Shown here: positions 24,180-34,205 of the stretch, in pieces
Numbering within the stretch: the stretch's first letter is position 1
Layout of the letters: each line of letters opens with the position of its first letter
Source of the DNA: a virus
Lineage: Duplodnaviria > Caudoviricetes
Length of the DNA stretch: 56,546 nucleotides
Virus record (IMG/VR): IMGVR_UViG_3300025030_000128
Location: 1 to 56,546 of that record
Strand: one strand, 5' to 3'
The notes under the pieces: model-generated
What the model saw: only the letters and a program-made list of their open reading frames with translations
The model's database searches: none
Told to the model about the DNA's origin: nothing
Made by a program: the position numbers and the translations under genes

Positions 24180-24865
24180 AATTTGCCAAAGCGGACGTCC
24201 CTATTTTCAACCGCAGCGTCGTGATGTGCACAGAGTGCAGTGAGGCCGAAGCGATTTGCTTTTTCCAAAAATGGGCGAAGGAGAGGGCGAACCACACCCC
24301 ATTTCTTGTCGCTTTGAATTCTTCTGGATGGTGCCAAACAAACGACGGGGATGTCTACCTGTGGGCGCGGGACAAGGACCGCTACTCGGTAGAGCTTCAC
24401 GAAGTCGTTCATGCCGCTTTCCACCTTTGCTCTTCTGTTGATGCACCGCCCCAAGAAGAGATGATCTGCCGGCTGGTCGAATTTCTAAAGATCAACCTGC
24501 TTGACGAATTGGTCGAACACGACGAGATGACGAAAGACCGCTTCTTGCTTTTGCTCCCGAAGATCAGAGAGGCGGCGAGAGAACACGGCTATGCGGTCGG
24601 GCTGCATGGCAGCCTGGCCCGGGACTTCGACCTGATTGCCGTGGCCTGGACAGAAGAGGCCGCTCACCCGGAGGTCGTAGCCGAAGCCATCAAAATTGCT
24701 GCCGGTGGGATGGATCGGTGGCGAGTTCATCCGGCGAGACCAAACGCCCATCCGAAACCACACGGCCGTCTCTGCTACTGCTTTGACTTCGACAAGCACG
24801 ATCCAAACAACCGCGGCTATTGCGACCTGAGTGTTGTTCACCCTGGCTTCAAGGAGGCGACATGA
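24176..24865 (+). CDS. Two-domain protein: HExxH domain plus Pol-beta nucleotidyltransferase-like domain
   Basis: LHEVVH...EE; GYAVGLHGSLARDFDLIAV...DLSV. Confidence 0.6.
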   Translation: MKFAKADVPIFNRSVVMCTECSEAEAICFFQKWAKERANHTPFLVALNSSGWCQTNDGDVYLWARDKDRYSVELHEVVHAAFHLCSSVDAPPQEEMICRLVEFLKINLLDELVEHDEMTKDRFLLLLPKIREAAREHGYAVGLHGSLARDFDLIAVAWTEEAAHPEVVAEAIKIAAGGMDRWRVHPARPNAHPKPHGRLCYCFDFDKHDPNNRGYCDLSVVHPGFKEAT

Positions 24866-25143
24866 CTATTTTAAGTTTCCTGCAAAAACTAAAACAGCTC
24901 TTCGCCTGGCTTCCGTGGAACAAGCGGACGAACGCCTGGTCGATCCCGGCGAACGCGATTGTCGCCGGCCGCATCATTACCATGGAGCAGCTGCTGTCGT
25001 GGGGCGTACCTGAGTCGGAGCTGTGGAATCTGCACAAGGCCTTTGTGGGAAAGCGGCACACCCTGAGAGCGATGAAGATCGACGGGGAAGACTGCTACCG
25101 GGTGATGAGGATTCGGTACTACGGCGAGCGGAGGATCAAGTGA
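24862..25143 (+). CDS. Hypothetical protein
   Basis: ATGA overlap with the upstream gene. Confidence 0.5.
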   Translation: MTILSFLQKLKQLFAWLPWNKRTNAWSIPANAIVAGRIITMEQLLSWGVPESELWNLHKAFVGKRHTLRAMKIDGEDCYRVMRIRYYGERRIK

Positions 25144-25565
25144 GCGACAAGCGAGCGGTACTCAACGTCGCGCGGGCGATCAATGCTCTGCCGGAGCAAA
25201 GGCTCCTCACGGTCTTCACTCCGGTAGAGGGGCTTGGAGGCAGCACGAAGCGCATTCTGACTACCATCAGCCGGGAAACAGCGGTCAACATCATCAGCGA
25301 TCTTGGCGGCGTGGACGTCAGTGATGACGACTGCTGCAGGTCGGGATTCGGGATCTGCTTCCCTCTGATGAGCGGGGGCGAAATCCGCTGGTTCTTCGTC
25401 GAGACACGGCAAGACTTCTGCCCGTTCTGCCAGGGCGCCAAGACGGTCAGAAACGAAGCCGACTTCGAGATCGTCAGTGAGGAATGTTGGGTCTGCGATG
25501 GCGTCGGCCGCATCCTCACAGCACCTCTTCCCCAGAGGCCGAAGAAGACGGAGCTGGTCGCATGA
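25140..25565 (+). CDS. Hypothetical protein with DnaJ-like CxxCxG motifs
   Basis: CPFCQG...CWVCDGVG; GTGA overlap. Confidence 0.55.
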   Translation: MSDKRAVLNVARAINALPEQRLLTVFTPVEGLGGSTKRILTTISRETAVNIISDLGGVDVSDDDCCRSGFGICFPLMSGGEIRWFFVETRQDFCPFCQGAKTVRNEADFEIVSEECWVCDGVGRILTAPLPQRPKKTELVA

Positions 25566-27382
25566 GTGAAGAAGAACAGGGACCGCCCGACATTTCAGAG
25601 GAGGAGCTGGTCGAACTGCTCGACCGCTACCGAACCGACTTTGAATTTGCCGCCCCGAGGCTACTGAAGGTTCTGAACATGAAGGGCAAGATCGTTTCAT
25701 TCGTTCTGAACGGACCGCAGCGAGTGCTCAACAAAATCATCGAGGACATCGCTACCCGCCGCCTCGTTCGTCTCATCCTCCTCAAAGCCCGCCGCGTGGG
25801 ATGGTCCACCCTCATCTCCGCCCGCAACTTCCACAAGACAAGCTGGAACTTTAACCGCCTTGCTTCCCAGGTAACCCACGAACCGGACGCCACCGAGGTC
25901 CTGTTTGGGATGGTGAAGCGCTTCTATGACTTCACCCCCGAGTGGCTACGGCCCTCAACCCGCTACAACAACGCTCGCCTTCTGGACTTCAACACCAAAG
26001 ATGGGAAAGGGCTGGGAAGTGGGTTCCGTGTGGCCACCGCCGCCAAGGAAGACTTTGGTTCTGGCCAGTTGATCCATTATTTTCACGGATCCGAGGTCTC
26101 CAAATGGCCCGAAGAGACGGTCAAGGACCTGATCACGTCGGTGTTGCAGTGCGTGCCAGACGATCCCGACACCGAGGTCATCTTTGAGTCGACCGCCAAA
26201 GGAATCGGTGGGGAATACTTCGACCGCTTCTGGGGCGCCCGCTTCCGCGTCAAGGTCGTGAAGATGAATCCCCCAAGTCTGGATCATCTCTACGGATATG
26301 ACGCCGCCGGGAAGTACGACGTCTCCCGAGCAGCCGAAGAGATTGAGGCGGCCGCGGAATTGGAAGAGGCGATTAACGAAGACGCCAAGGCCGAGAACAT
26401 CTACACCGCGATCTTCGTGCCTTGGTTCTGCTTCGAAGAATACCAGACAAAGCCCTACCCAACCTTCGCCAACGATCTGACCGACGAAGAGAAAGAGATC
26501 CAGAAGACTTACGGGCTAACCCTGGCACAGCTCTACTGGCGCCGTCTGACCATTGCCAACAAGTGCAACGGCAGCATCGACATCTTCAACCAAGAATATC
26601 CGGACTGTCCTGAGCATGCCTTCCTGGCCGCCGGCAGGCCCGTCTTTGACAACGCCAAGCTCATGCGCCTGCGCAATGCCGTACCGAAACCGGTCGCCCG
26701 CTACGAACTCGCCCAGTCGATAAACCAATTTATCTCCAACCCCAAAGGCGCCCTGCTCGTCTGGGAAGAACCGAAGGCAGGACAGAACTACATCATCTCA
26801 GCGGACGTCGCCGAAGGCTTGGAGCATGGCGACTTCTCCTCGGCCGACGTCATCAACCACGCCACCGGGATCCAGGTCGCTCAGTGGCATGGCCATACCG
26901 ACCCCGACCTCTTCGCCTACGTCCTTGCCGCCCTGGGAAAGCGTTACAACACCGCACTCTTGGCGCCCGAGCGTAACAATCACGGCCTGACGGTGGTGAA
27001 ATGGCTGCATGAGATCATCCAATACCCCAATCTCTACGTCGAAATGGTCCCGGATCCCCCGGGAAAGCCCCGCAAACGCTACGGCTGGCTCACATCGAGC
27101 GCCACCAAGCCGATGATTATCGACGTTTTGGTGCGGGAAGTCAGGGACGATTGCCATGGCATCGCCTGTGCGGCCACGTTTGACGAAATGATGGCGTTCA
27201 AAGTGCAGGGAAATGGCAAAACCGAGGCCGATCGCGGCCGCTTTGACGACCGCGTTATCTCTCTGGCCATTGGCAAGTACCTCCGCACCGCGATTCCACT
27301 CCCGGAGGCCGCCATTCCCGACCACATCAAACAGCGGGAGGAGCGAACCGAACGAAAAAGATCACCTCTTGGTTGGACATGA
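25562..27382 (+). CDS. terL: Terminase large subunit
   Basis: LLKARRVGWST (Walker A), FHGSE (Walker B), FESTAKG, ADVAEG and DDRVISLA nuclease motifs. Confidence 0.93.
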   Translation: MSEEEQGPPDISEEELVELLDRYRTDFEFAAPRLLKVLNMKGKIVSFVLNGPQRVLNKIIEDIATRRLVRLILLKARRVGWSTLISARNFHKTSWNFNRLASQVTHEPDATEVLFGMVKRFYDFTPEWLRPSTRYNNARLLDFNTKDGKGLGSGFRVATAAKEDFGSGQLIHYFHGSEVSKWPEETVKDLITSVLQCVPDDPDTEVIFESTAKGIGGEYFDRFWGARFRVKVVKMNPPSLDHLYGYDAAGKYDVSRAAEEIEAAAELEEAINEDAKAENIYTAIFVPWFCFEEYQTKPYPTFANDLTDEEKEIQKTYGLTLAQLYWRRLTIANKCNGSIDIFNQEYPDCPEHAFLAAGRPVFDNAKLMRLRNAVPKPVARYELAQSINQFISNPKGALLVWEEPKAGQNYIISADVAEGLEHGDFSSADVINHATGIQVAQWHGHTDPDLFAYVLAALGKRYNTALLAPERNNHGLTVVKWLHEIIQYPNLYVEMVPDPPGKPRKRYGWLTSSATKPMIIDVLVREVRDDCHGIACAATFDEMMAFKVQGNGKTEADRGRFDDRVISLAIGKYLRTAIPLPEAAIPDHIKQREERTERKRSPLGWT

Positions 27383-27450
27383 GAATATTTTGGTTGACAA
27401 TTGAGTAACATTTGGTAGTAAATGGTGTTAATTTTGACTCAGGAGGTTCA

Positions 27451-27609
27451 ATGGTCCGCTCATCCGACCTCTCAAAAGACGAAAAAGCCGGACTCGAAGC
27501 CCTGTTGAAGCGGCTTCAGCTCATGCCAGCTAAAAGTTGCCAGATCATTCTCCATTGTGCCCAAGGCACAGTCCAGACCATCGAATACGCGCAGTTGAAA
27601 CTGAAGTAG
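27451..27609 (+). CDS. Small hypothetical protein between terL and portal
   Basis: AGGAGG RBS; preceded by TTGACA at 27394. Confidence 0.5.
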   Translation: MVRSSDLSKDEKAGLEALLKRLQLMPAKSCQIILHCAQGTVQTIEYAQLKLK

Positions 27610-27651
27610 CACGACATAACGGCAAGTTTCACCCGCCTACCGCGGTCAATG

Positions 27652-27692
27652 AAGCCCGGATGATGACTTAATTGTCATTGTTCGGGCTTTTT
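27652..27692 (+). terminator. Terminator-like hairpin immediately before the portal gene
   Basis: AAGCCCGGATGATGAC-ttaatt-GTCATTGTTCGGGCTT-TTT. Confidence 0.65.
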
Positions 27693-27711
27693 GCTTTTCA
27701 GGAGTGGCGCG

Positions 27712-29799
27712 ATGCAAGCAATCCCGACGGGAACACCAGGCGTCAGCTCACTCGGTCTGGTGAAGATCCGCACCAACGAAGCCCTCGAAGCCGAAAAAAC
27801 CACTGCCGCCACTCCCTCCACCCAACGTATCGTCGACTCCCTGACTTCCCATCTCAACGGCAAGCTCTTCGCTTCCAAGCGGGCCAAAGAACCGATTGAG
27901 CGACAGATGCTTAAGAACATGCGTCAGGTCTACGGTCAATATGAGCCGGAGAAGCTGGCCGCAATTCGTAACATGGGCGGCAGCGAAGTCTACATTCTCC
28001 TGACCATGACCAAATATCGGGCGGCAATCGCCTGGGTCAACGATATCCTCCGCCCGGTTGGTGACCGCCCCTGGACCATTGCCCCCACCCCCAAAGCCGA
28101 CCTTCCCCCAACCGCCGAACAGCAGATCAAAGCCGAAGGGCAACTTCTTCTCCAGACGGTGATGAAGCAGCTGGCCGCCATGGGACAGAACGCCGACCCG
28201 TCTTACCTGCAGAGCAAAATCCAGAAGTTCGAGCAGGAAGTCAGAGACGACGTTCAGCAGAATATTCAGAAGGAAGCCAAGGTTCGCGCCGAACGCATGG
28301 CAATCAAGATCGATGACCAGATGACCGAAGGTGGCTGGGACGATGCGTTTTGGGCCTTCATCTCCGACCTGATTATGCTCAAGGCCGGCATTCTTAAAGG
28401 CCCGGTTGTCCGCCGCAAGCCGATTGAAAGCTACGTCGAGCGTAATGGCGACTGGGAAATCGACGTCGTCAACAAGCTGGTGCCCGAGTTCGACCGCGTT
28501 TCCCCCTTTGATTACTACCCCCTCTCCGGAGCGACCTCGGCCAAGGATGGCGGCTTCGAACGGCATCATCTCAACCGTGGGGATTTGGTCTCGCTGATCG
28601 GCGTCCCTGGCTACAACGAGGCGAAGATCCGACTGGCCCTGACCGATTATGCCACCGGTCGCCGGGAGATGCTGTCGACCGATACCGAGCTGGCGATGCT
28701 GCGGGACGGACAGACACAGTCGCTGCTCGACTCCGAGCGGATTGAAGCCTGGGAGTTCTGGGGTTCGGTACAGGGCAGTCTGATCCAGAGCTGGGGCTTG
28801 CCGGTCGCCGATGCAGAAATGGAGTACGAGGTCAATGCTTGGATGGTTGGCGAGCACGTCATCCGGTTGATTCTCAACCCCGACAAGCTCGGCCGCAAGC
28901 CGTATGCCATTGATTCCTTCGAGCGGGTTCCTGGTTCCATCTGGGGTAAAGGTCTGCCGGAGCTGATGGCTGACGTGCAGGATGTCTGCAACGCCACCGC
29001 GCGGGCGATCGTCAATAATGCCGGGCTCGCTTCCGGCCCCCAGGTTGAAGTCGACAAGAGCCGCTGTGGCGATAAAGAAGAAATCTGGCCGTGGAAGATC
29101 TGGCCGTCGACCAACGCCCAGATGTCCGATCAGCCAGCAGTCAGGTTCACCCAGCCAACAGTGGTGGTTGGCCCGCTTCTCGAAGTCTTCAACACCTTCT
29201 CCTCGATGGCCGACGACCAGACCGGCGTACCCAAGTGGGCGCACGGCGGTCAATCCGGAGGCGCCGATGAGACCGCTTCGGGCCTTTCCATGCGCATGAC
29301 CTACGCCGCCCGAGGGATCAAGGAAGTCATTGCTCACGTCGACTGTGTGATCAAGGACATCGTCACCCGCACCTACAGCTACAACATGCTCTACGACCCG
29401 GACAAGACGATCAAGGGCGATGCCCGTATTGTCGCCCGCGGATCTTCCTCCCTCTTGGCCAAGGAACAGAGACTGGTTCGTACCAACGAGTTTCTGGCAG
29501 CCACCAACAACCCGCTCGATTCGCAAATCATGGGACTGCCCGGGAGAGCCAAGCTCCTTCGCCAGGCCGCCAAGCTCCTCGACATCGATACCACCGGCAT
29601 CATCCCCGACACCGAGAGCGAGCTGGAGCAGTTACAAGCCCTGGTCGAACAGGCGGAAGCCGCCGGAGCCTCGCCCCCGGGAGGCAGTCAGCCGGGATCT
29701 GGGGCCGCGCCCCCACCTACTCCCCAGACCACTGACGCCGCCGGCAACCCGGCAGGCGGGACTGATACCAACACTTTCCAAAACCCGGAAGGAGCATAA
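27712..29799 (+). CDS. Portal protein
   Basis: Position after terL; ~695 aa; G.LKGP, VSPFDYYP, WGKGLPE.M.D.Q and TASGLSM motifs. Confidence 0.88.
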   Translation: MQAIPTGTPGVSSLGLVKIRTNEALEAEKTTAATPSTQRIVDSLTSHLNGKLFASKRAKEPIERQMLKNMRQVYGQYEPEKLAAIRNMGGSEVYILLTMTKYRAAIAWVNDILRPVGDRPWTIAPTPKADLPPTAEQQIKAEGQLLLQTVMKQLAAMGQNADPSYLQSKIQKFEQEVRDDVQQNIQKEAKVRAERMAIKIDDQMTEGGWDDAFWAFISDLIMLKAGILKGPVVRRKPIESYVERNGDWEIDVVNKLVPEFDRVSPFDYYPLSGATSAKDGGFERHHLNRGDLVSLIGVPGYNEAKIRLALTDYATGRREMLSTDTELAMLRDGQTQSLLDSERIEAWEFWGSVQGSLIQSWGLPVADAEMEYEVNAWMVGEHVIRLILNPDKLGRKPYAIDSFERVPGSIWGKGLPELMADVQDVCNATARAIVNNAGLASGPQVEVDKSRCGDKEEIWPWKIWPSTNAQMSDQPAVRFTQPTVVVGPLLEVFNTFSSMADDQTGVPKWAHGGQSGGADETASGLSMRMTYAARGIKEVIAHVDCVIKDIVTRTYSYNMLYDPDKTIKGDARIVARGSSSLLAKEQRLVRTNEFLAATNNPLDSQIMGLPGRAKLLRQAAKLLDIDTTGIIPDTESELEQLQALVEQAEAAGASPPGGSQPGSGAAPPPTPQTTDAAGNPAGGTDTNTFQNPEGA

Positions 29800-29802
29800 G
29801 CC

Positions 29803-30756
29803 ATGCCCGCCTTATTTCCTCTTGAAGCAACGATGAATCCCATTGAGCGCGTAACCGGCGCCATTGCCACCATCGATACCAATCACGGCCAAATTCATGC
29901 CGGCAACGCCTTCAGTTTGAGCACGGGCAAGATTAGCATTGCCGCTGCCGCAGTTGTCGACCTGACCTTCACGATCCCGGAAGACGTCTATGTCCATTTT
30001 CAGCAGTTTGACGTCACGACAGATGGCGGCAACGAGCTGACCATCACGCTCTTCGACGAGACCGTGCTGAACGCCACCCCCGCCGGTACGCTGATCACTC
30101 CGATCAATCGCAACCGGCAAGGACACGGCAAACGCGCTTTCGGCATTCTGACCTTTGCCGGCGTCGTTACCAACAACGATACCGTCACTATCGGCGACCG
30201 CACCTACACCTTCAAGTCGACCCTGACCGGGGCCGCCAACGAGATTCTGATCGGCGCTAACGCCCCTGCTTCCGTCGCCAATATAGTTGCCGCCATCAAC
30301 GCCGCTTCCGGCGCTGGCACGACTTACGGAACCGGCACGGTGGTCAACGCCGATGTTTTTGCTTATGACGGTCCGGGCGACACGGTTGGAGTTGTGGCCA
30401 AGGCACGGGGCACTGCCAGCAACAGTATCGCCACGACCGAGACCCTGACCAACGCCGCCAGCATTTGGGGCGCCGCGACTCTCACCGGTGGCGCCGATCC
30501 GACCGTCAGTTCCGGCTCCAGTGTCACGGTGCGCCAGGGACCGACTATCGACTACGTCGGCTACGACCAGCTTGACACGATCTGGATGCCAAAACCGGCC
30601 GCCGCCGCCGCGCAACGAATGGAGATCAAGAGCGAAGCGCAGGAGTGGAATTTCAAGAACGCCCGCACAACCACCATGCGCCTGACCAACACCGGCACGT
30701 CGACCGCCGTTGTCGTTTGCGTCCGCCCCCTCTGGTATGAAGAGGTCGCCGCATGA
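29803..30756 (+). CDS. Virion structural/decoration protein
   Basis: Thr/Ala/Gly-rich beta pattern (DTVTIGDRTYTF, TLTGG). Confidence 0.6.
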   Translation: MPALFPLEATMNPIERVTGAIATIDTNHGQIHAGNAFSLSTGKISIAAAAVVDLTFTIPEDVYVHFQQFDVTTDGGNELTITLFDETVLNATPAGTLITPINRNRQGHGKRAFGILTFAGVVTNNDTVTIGDRTYTFKSTLTGAANEILIGANAPASVANIVAAINAASGAGTTYGTGTVVNADVFAYDGPGDTVGVVAKARGTASNSIATTETLTNAASIWGAATLTGGADPTVSSGSSVTVRQGPTIDYVGYDQLDTIWMPKPAAAAAQRMEIKSEAQEWNFKNARTTTMRLTNTGTSTAVVVCVRPLWYEEVAA

Positions 30757-30998
30757 TTGACGCCTTAATTCGAGAACTGGCCGAGCTGGATGGCGGCGAA
30801 CTGCACAAGGCGCTCTTGCAGCGCCGGCAGGAAGTCGTTGCCGGATGGACGGCCTCAGACGATGACCGTCGAGACCTGATCTCCAAAGGGGAGAAGAGGA
30901 TCCTCGACCAGCTGATCGGAGACATCGAGAACGCCAAGAACGAAGTCAAGAAAAGCCGGCAAGGGGCCGAGCGGACATTGATGAGTCAGGCGTTCTGA
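30753..30998 (+). CDS. Small head-assembly region protein
   Basis: Helical 81 aa protein between portal and scaffold. Confidence 0.6.
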   Translation: MIDALIRELAELDGGELHKALLQRRQEVVAGWTASDDDRRDLISKGEKRILDQLIGDIENAKNEVKKSRQGAERTLMSQAF

Positions 30999-31091
30999 CT
31001 GAGCGGGACCCGCCAGTCAACACCACTTTGGGGAGAGTAACCGCACCCCGCAACGGCCATACCCCACCGGGAGGCCAAAGGAGACGAGGAA

Positions 31092-32003
31092 ATGGCATTC
31101 GAGAACGATGAGACCAAAGCCGAACGTGAACTGGAAGTCCTGGAGCGTCAGCATGCCGCTACGCAAGCCCCCGACCCCGCCGCTGTCAAGCCTGAGCCCG
31201 AGGGCCAGACCGAGAAGCCGGCCGGAGAGGTCGAGAAACCCGCCGAGACTGCACCCGCGAAGACCGAAGACGACGGCTACAAGCAGCGTTATCAGACCCT
31301 TCAGGGAATCATGCGGTCGGAACGTGCGAAATGGGACGCGGAACGCGCCGAACTGATCGCCCAGATCCAGAAACTGCAGGCCCGCCCGCCCCAGAACGAC
31401 AGCGTCGAAGTGGAAGAAGACTACCGTTCTTCCCTCGTCAGCGACGAAGTCCGCCAGAGTCTCGCTTATCGGAGAATGGCGGAACTCAACGGGCAGCGGC
31501 ATGCCGAGATTCACTTCGAGTCGATGGCCGCCATGCAACCCAAGGAACAGCCCAAGGAGAAAGCAAAGGGTCCGAGTCAGGACTTCTTCAGCAACCTCTC
31601 GCAGCTGGCGCCGAAATGGCAGGTCCTCAACCAGGATCCCAAGTTCTTGAGCTTCCTCGCACAGACCGCCCCCTACAGCGGGGGGATGACTTTGCAGACC
31701 AAGCTCGACCAGGCTGTCCAGGCCGGCGATGCCGCTTCGGCCGCCCAGTTCTTCCTGGATTTCGAAGACAACAACCGTGAAGCCCCTCCGGCCCGTCAGG
31801 TGCCCGAGGAGCTGGTCACCCCACCCCGTCGTAGCTCGGCCGCTCAAACGGCAGCCGATACCCACAAAGGCAAGGTCTATACGACTGCCGAGTGGAACGC
31901 CGGGTGGAAGAAGTTGGAGCTCGACAACATGCCGGCGAAGGCCGCCGCCGAACTCGAACTCGACCTGACCAATGCTCCATCGGAAGGACGTGTCGTTGGG
32001 TAA
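31092..32003 (+). CDS. Capsid scaffolding protein
   Basis: Acidic/Pro-rich, YKQRYQTLQG, W..LNQDP.FL.FL and terminal EGRV; directly before the capsid gene. Confidence 0.8.
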   Translation: MAFENDETKAERELEVLERQHAATQAPDPAAVKPEPEGQTEKPAGEVEKPAETAPAKTEDDGYKQRYQTLQGIMRSERAKWDAERAELIAQIQKLQARPPQNDSVEVEEDYRSSLVSDEVRQSLAYRRMAELNGQRHAEIHFESMAAMQPKEQPKEKAKGPSQDFFSNLSQLAPKWQVLNQDPKFLSFLAQTAPYSGGMTLQTKLDQAVQAGDAASAAQFFLDFEDNNREAPPARQVPEELVTPPRRSSAAQTAADTHKGKVYTTAEWNAGWKKLELDNMPAKAAAELELDLTNAPSEGRVVG

Positions 32004-32027
32004 TCCCTTACCCTACGGAGAAACGCC

Positions 32028-33083
32028 ATGAAACACATCGACCGCTTTATTTTCGGCAATCTGCCGATGCTTCTCTGGATGGTGGTGGGCATTGCCCTCG
32101 TCGCCATCTTTGGTGACGCTGCCGCCCTGTGGTGCACCGTTCCCGCCGCCGCCGGTTATCCCACCGGGGGCTCGGCCGGCGCCAGCAAGTACACCCCGCA
32201 GATCTACGCCAAGAAACTCTTGGTCAAGTTCTACAAGAAAACTGTCTTCGGCGAGATCGCCAATCGTGATTACGAAGGCAGCATCACCGGCCAGGGCGAC
32301 AAGGTCCTGATCCGCACCCGCCCCTCGGTCACCGTCTACAAGTACTACAAAGGGATGGATCTCAACGAGAAACGTAAAGCGCTTGAGCCCCCGAACGTCG
32401 AACTGATCATCGACCAGGCCCTCGGCTACTCGGTGGCTATCGACAGCATCGACAAGATCCAGAACGATGTCAATGCCCTGGACGAGTGGGCACAGGATGG
32501 CTCCGAGAATCTCGGCATCGAGATGGACCGCGACATTCTCAATACCATCTATGCCGACGCCGCCACGACCAATAAGGGCGCGACTGCCGGGGCTGTTTCC
32601 GGTGGGTACAATATCGGCGCCGCCGGGTCTCCGGTTGCCCTGACCAAGTCGAACATCCTCGACTACATCGTCTACTGCGACAGCGTTCTCTCCGAGAACA
32701 ACGTCCCGGTGCCCGACCGCTTCATCATCATCCCCGAGTGGGCCAAGTCCTGCATTAACACCTCGGATCTGCGCAGCGCGCTCTTTACCGGTGACGCCGG
32801 CAACCAGAACCTGCGCAACGGCAAGATCGGTGGCATCAGCAACTTCACCGTCTACGCCAGCAACAACCTGACCGCGGTGACCGATGCCGCCGACGGAAAC
32901 AGCTCCTGCTACAACATCCTCTTCGGCCAGAAGTCGGCCCTGACCTTCGCGTCTCAGTTGGTCAAGAACCGCACCCTTGAACTCCAGAACACCTGGGGGC
33001 ATGTCATGGAAGGCTTGCACGTCTATGGCTACAAGGTCGTCAAGTCCGATGCGCTCGGTGTGCTCTACGCCAAGAAGGGTTAA
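32028..33083 (+). CDS. Major capsid protein (HK97 fold)
   Basis: PQIYAKKLL.KFY, N.DYEG.I...GD.V.IR, LIIDQ, NGKIG and GLHVYGYKVV motifs. Confidence 0.9.
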   Translation: MKHIDRFIFGNLPMLLWMVVGIALVAIFGDAAALWCTVPAAAGYPTGGSAGASKYTPQIYAKKLLVKFYKKTVFGEIANRDYEGSITGQGDKVLIRTRPSVTVYKYYKGMDLNEKRKALEPPNVELIIDQALGYSVAIDSIDKIQNDVNALDEWAQDGSENLGIEMDRDILNTIYADAATTNKGATAGAVSGGYNIGAAGSPVALTKSNILDYIVYCDSVLSENNVPVPDRFIIIPEWAKSCINTSDLRSALFTGDAGNQNLRNGKIGGISNFTVYASNNLTAVTDAADGNSSCYNILFGQKSALTFASQLVKNRTLELQNTWGHVMEGLHVYGYKVVKSDALGVLYAKKG

Positions 33084-33132
33084 CCTCTCACGCCTTCCCC
33101 CGTCCTAGTGGCGGGGGAGGGCAAGGAGAACC

Positions 33133-33363
33133 ATGATGGGATTCAAACAGTTTCGTGATATGGCGGCACAGGCCAAAGCCAAACCCGCCATGAAAACCGC
33201 CACCAAACCGGTTGGCGGATTCGGCGCCATCGTAAGTGCCATCAAGGCCGGTACGCCCGGTCTCGCTACTGCCCGCAAAGGTCCCGGGTTGGCACTCAAG
33301 TCCGGCGAAGCTCCGAAGCTCGCTCCAGGCCCAACCCGGATGCGCAAAAAGCGCGGCTGGTAA
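33133..33363 (+). CDS. Small basic Lys/Ala/Pro-rich protein
   Basis: AAGGAG RBS; strongly basic. Confidence 0.55.
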   Translation: MMGFKQFRDMAAQAKAKPAMKTATKPVGGFGAIVSAIKAGTPGLATARKGPGLALKSGEAPKLAPGPTRMRKKRGW

Positions 33364-33394
33364 ACCTTACTCACACCTTCAAGGAGAATAGATC

Positions 33395-33844
33395 ATGGCC
33401 AATCTTCCCGCTTCTGGTTACCTCGTTGCCGACAAGATCGTCAAGCGTGACGTCGGCGCCAAACTTCCCTACAGCATCGAGCGCGAGTTCGATCTGGCGA
33501 CTCTGTTGGCCGCCGTCATTGCCGACGCCGACGTTGTCAATCTCTTTCAGTTGCCGGCGGAGCACGTCATTGTGGCGACCGCACTGGAAACCCTGACGGC
33601 CGGCACCAAGGATGCTACCACCTTTACCCTGCAACTGCGGGTCGGCACCACCGCTCTCGGCGCCGCTCTTGACGCCACCGCAGCCGGCAAAGCCATCGGC
33701 GGTAACGCCACCTACAACATGCCACTGGTTTCGGCTGCCGCCGCTACCGTCAACCTCGTCGCCGCGGTCTCGGGGGGTAATGCCCTGGTCACCGCCAATC
33801 CGGTCGTCCGCATCAAACTGCTCGTCTGCGACATGGGCGACTAA
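33395..33844 (+). CDS. Capsid decoration/cement-like protein
   Basis: Position after the capsid gene; ADVVNLFQLPA pattern. Confidence 0.65.
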   Translation: MANLPASGYLVADKIVKRDVGAKLPYSIEREFDLATLLAAVIADADVVNLFQLPAEHVIVATALETLTAGTKDATTFTLQLRVGTTALGAALDATAAGKAIGGNATYNMPLVSAAAATVNLVAAVSGGNALVTANPVVRIKLLVCDMGD

Positions 33845-33856
33845 GGGGAGGCCACT

Positions 33857-34201
33857 ATGCAATTCGTCAATTTCGTCTGTCACAACCTCGAAGTTATTGG
33901 GACCACGATTCTTCGCGGAGCCCAAACGGTTGCTGGAGCCCTTACTGTCAGTGGCCTCATCTCGGCCTCTGAGGGTGTCAAGCTTTCGGCGACTGCCGCT
34001 TCCGGGGTCACGGTGCTTCTAACCGATAGCGCCGGGAAAGCACTGCTGGCCACCGGAGAAACGGTGCCATCAGATGCCGGAACAATCTACGCCAAGGGGT
34101 GCCTTTTCATCGACACCAACGTAGCGACCGGCACGACCGGACTCTACTGTAATAAGGGCACGTCGGCGTCGTGCGTCTTCACTGCCGTTACTCAGGCCTA
34201 A
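33857..34201 (+). CDS. Virion protein, hypothetical
   Basis: YAKGCLFIDT..GLYCN.GT. Confidence 0.6.
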   Translation: MQFVNFVCHNLEVIGTTILRGAQTVAGALTVSGLISASEGVKLSATAASGVTVLLTDSAGKALLATGETVPSDAGTIYAKGCLFIDTNVATGTTGLYCNKGTSASCVFTAVTQA

Positions 34202-34205
34202 CAAC

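Noticed and set aside
27748-29526. 592-aa minus-strand ORF, and similar long ORFs at 32013, 47064, 52894 and 55213
   Set aside because: These are antisense shadows of the portal, capsid and virion genes, caused by GC-rich codon bias; no motifs.
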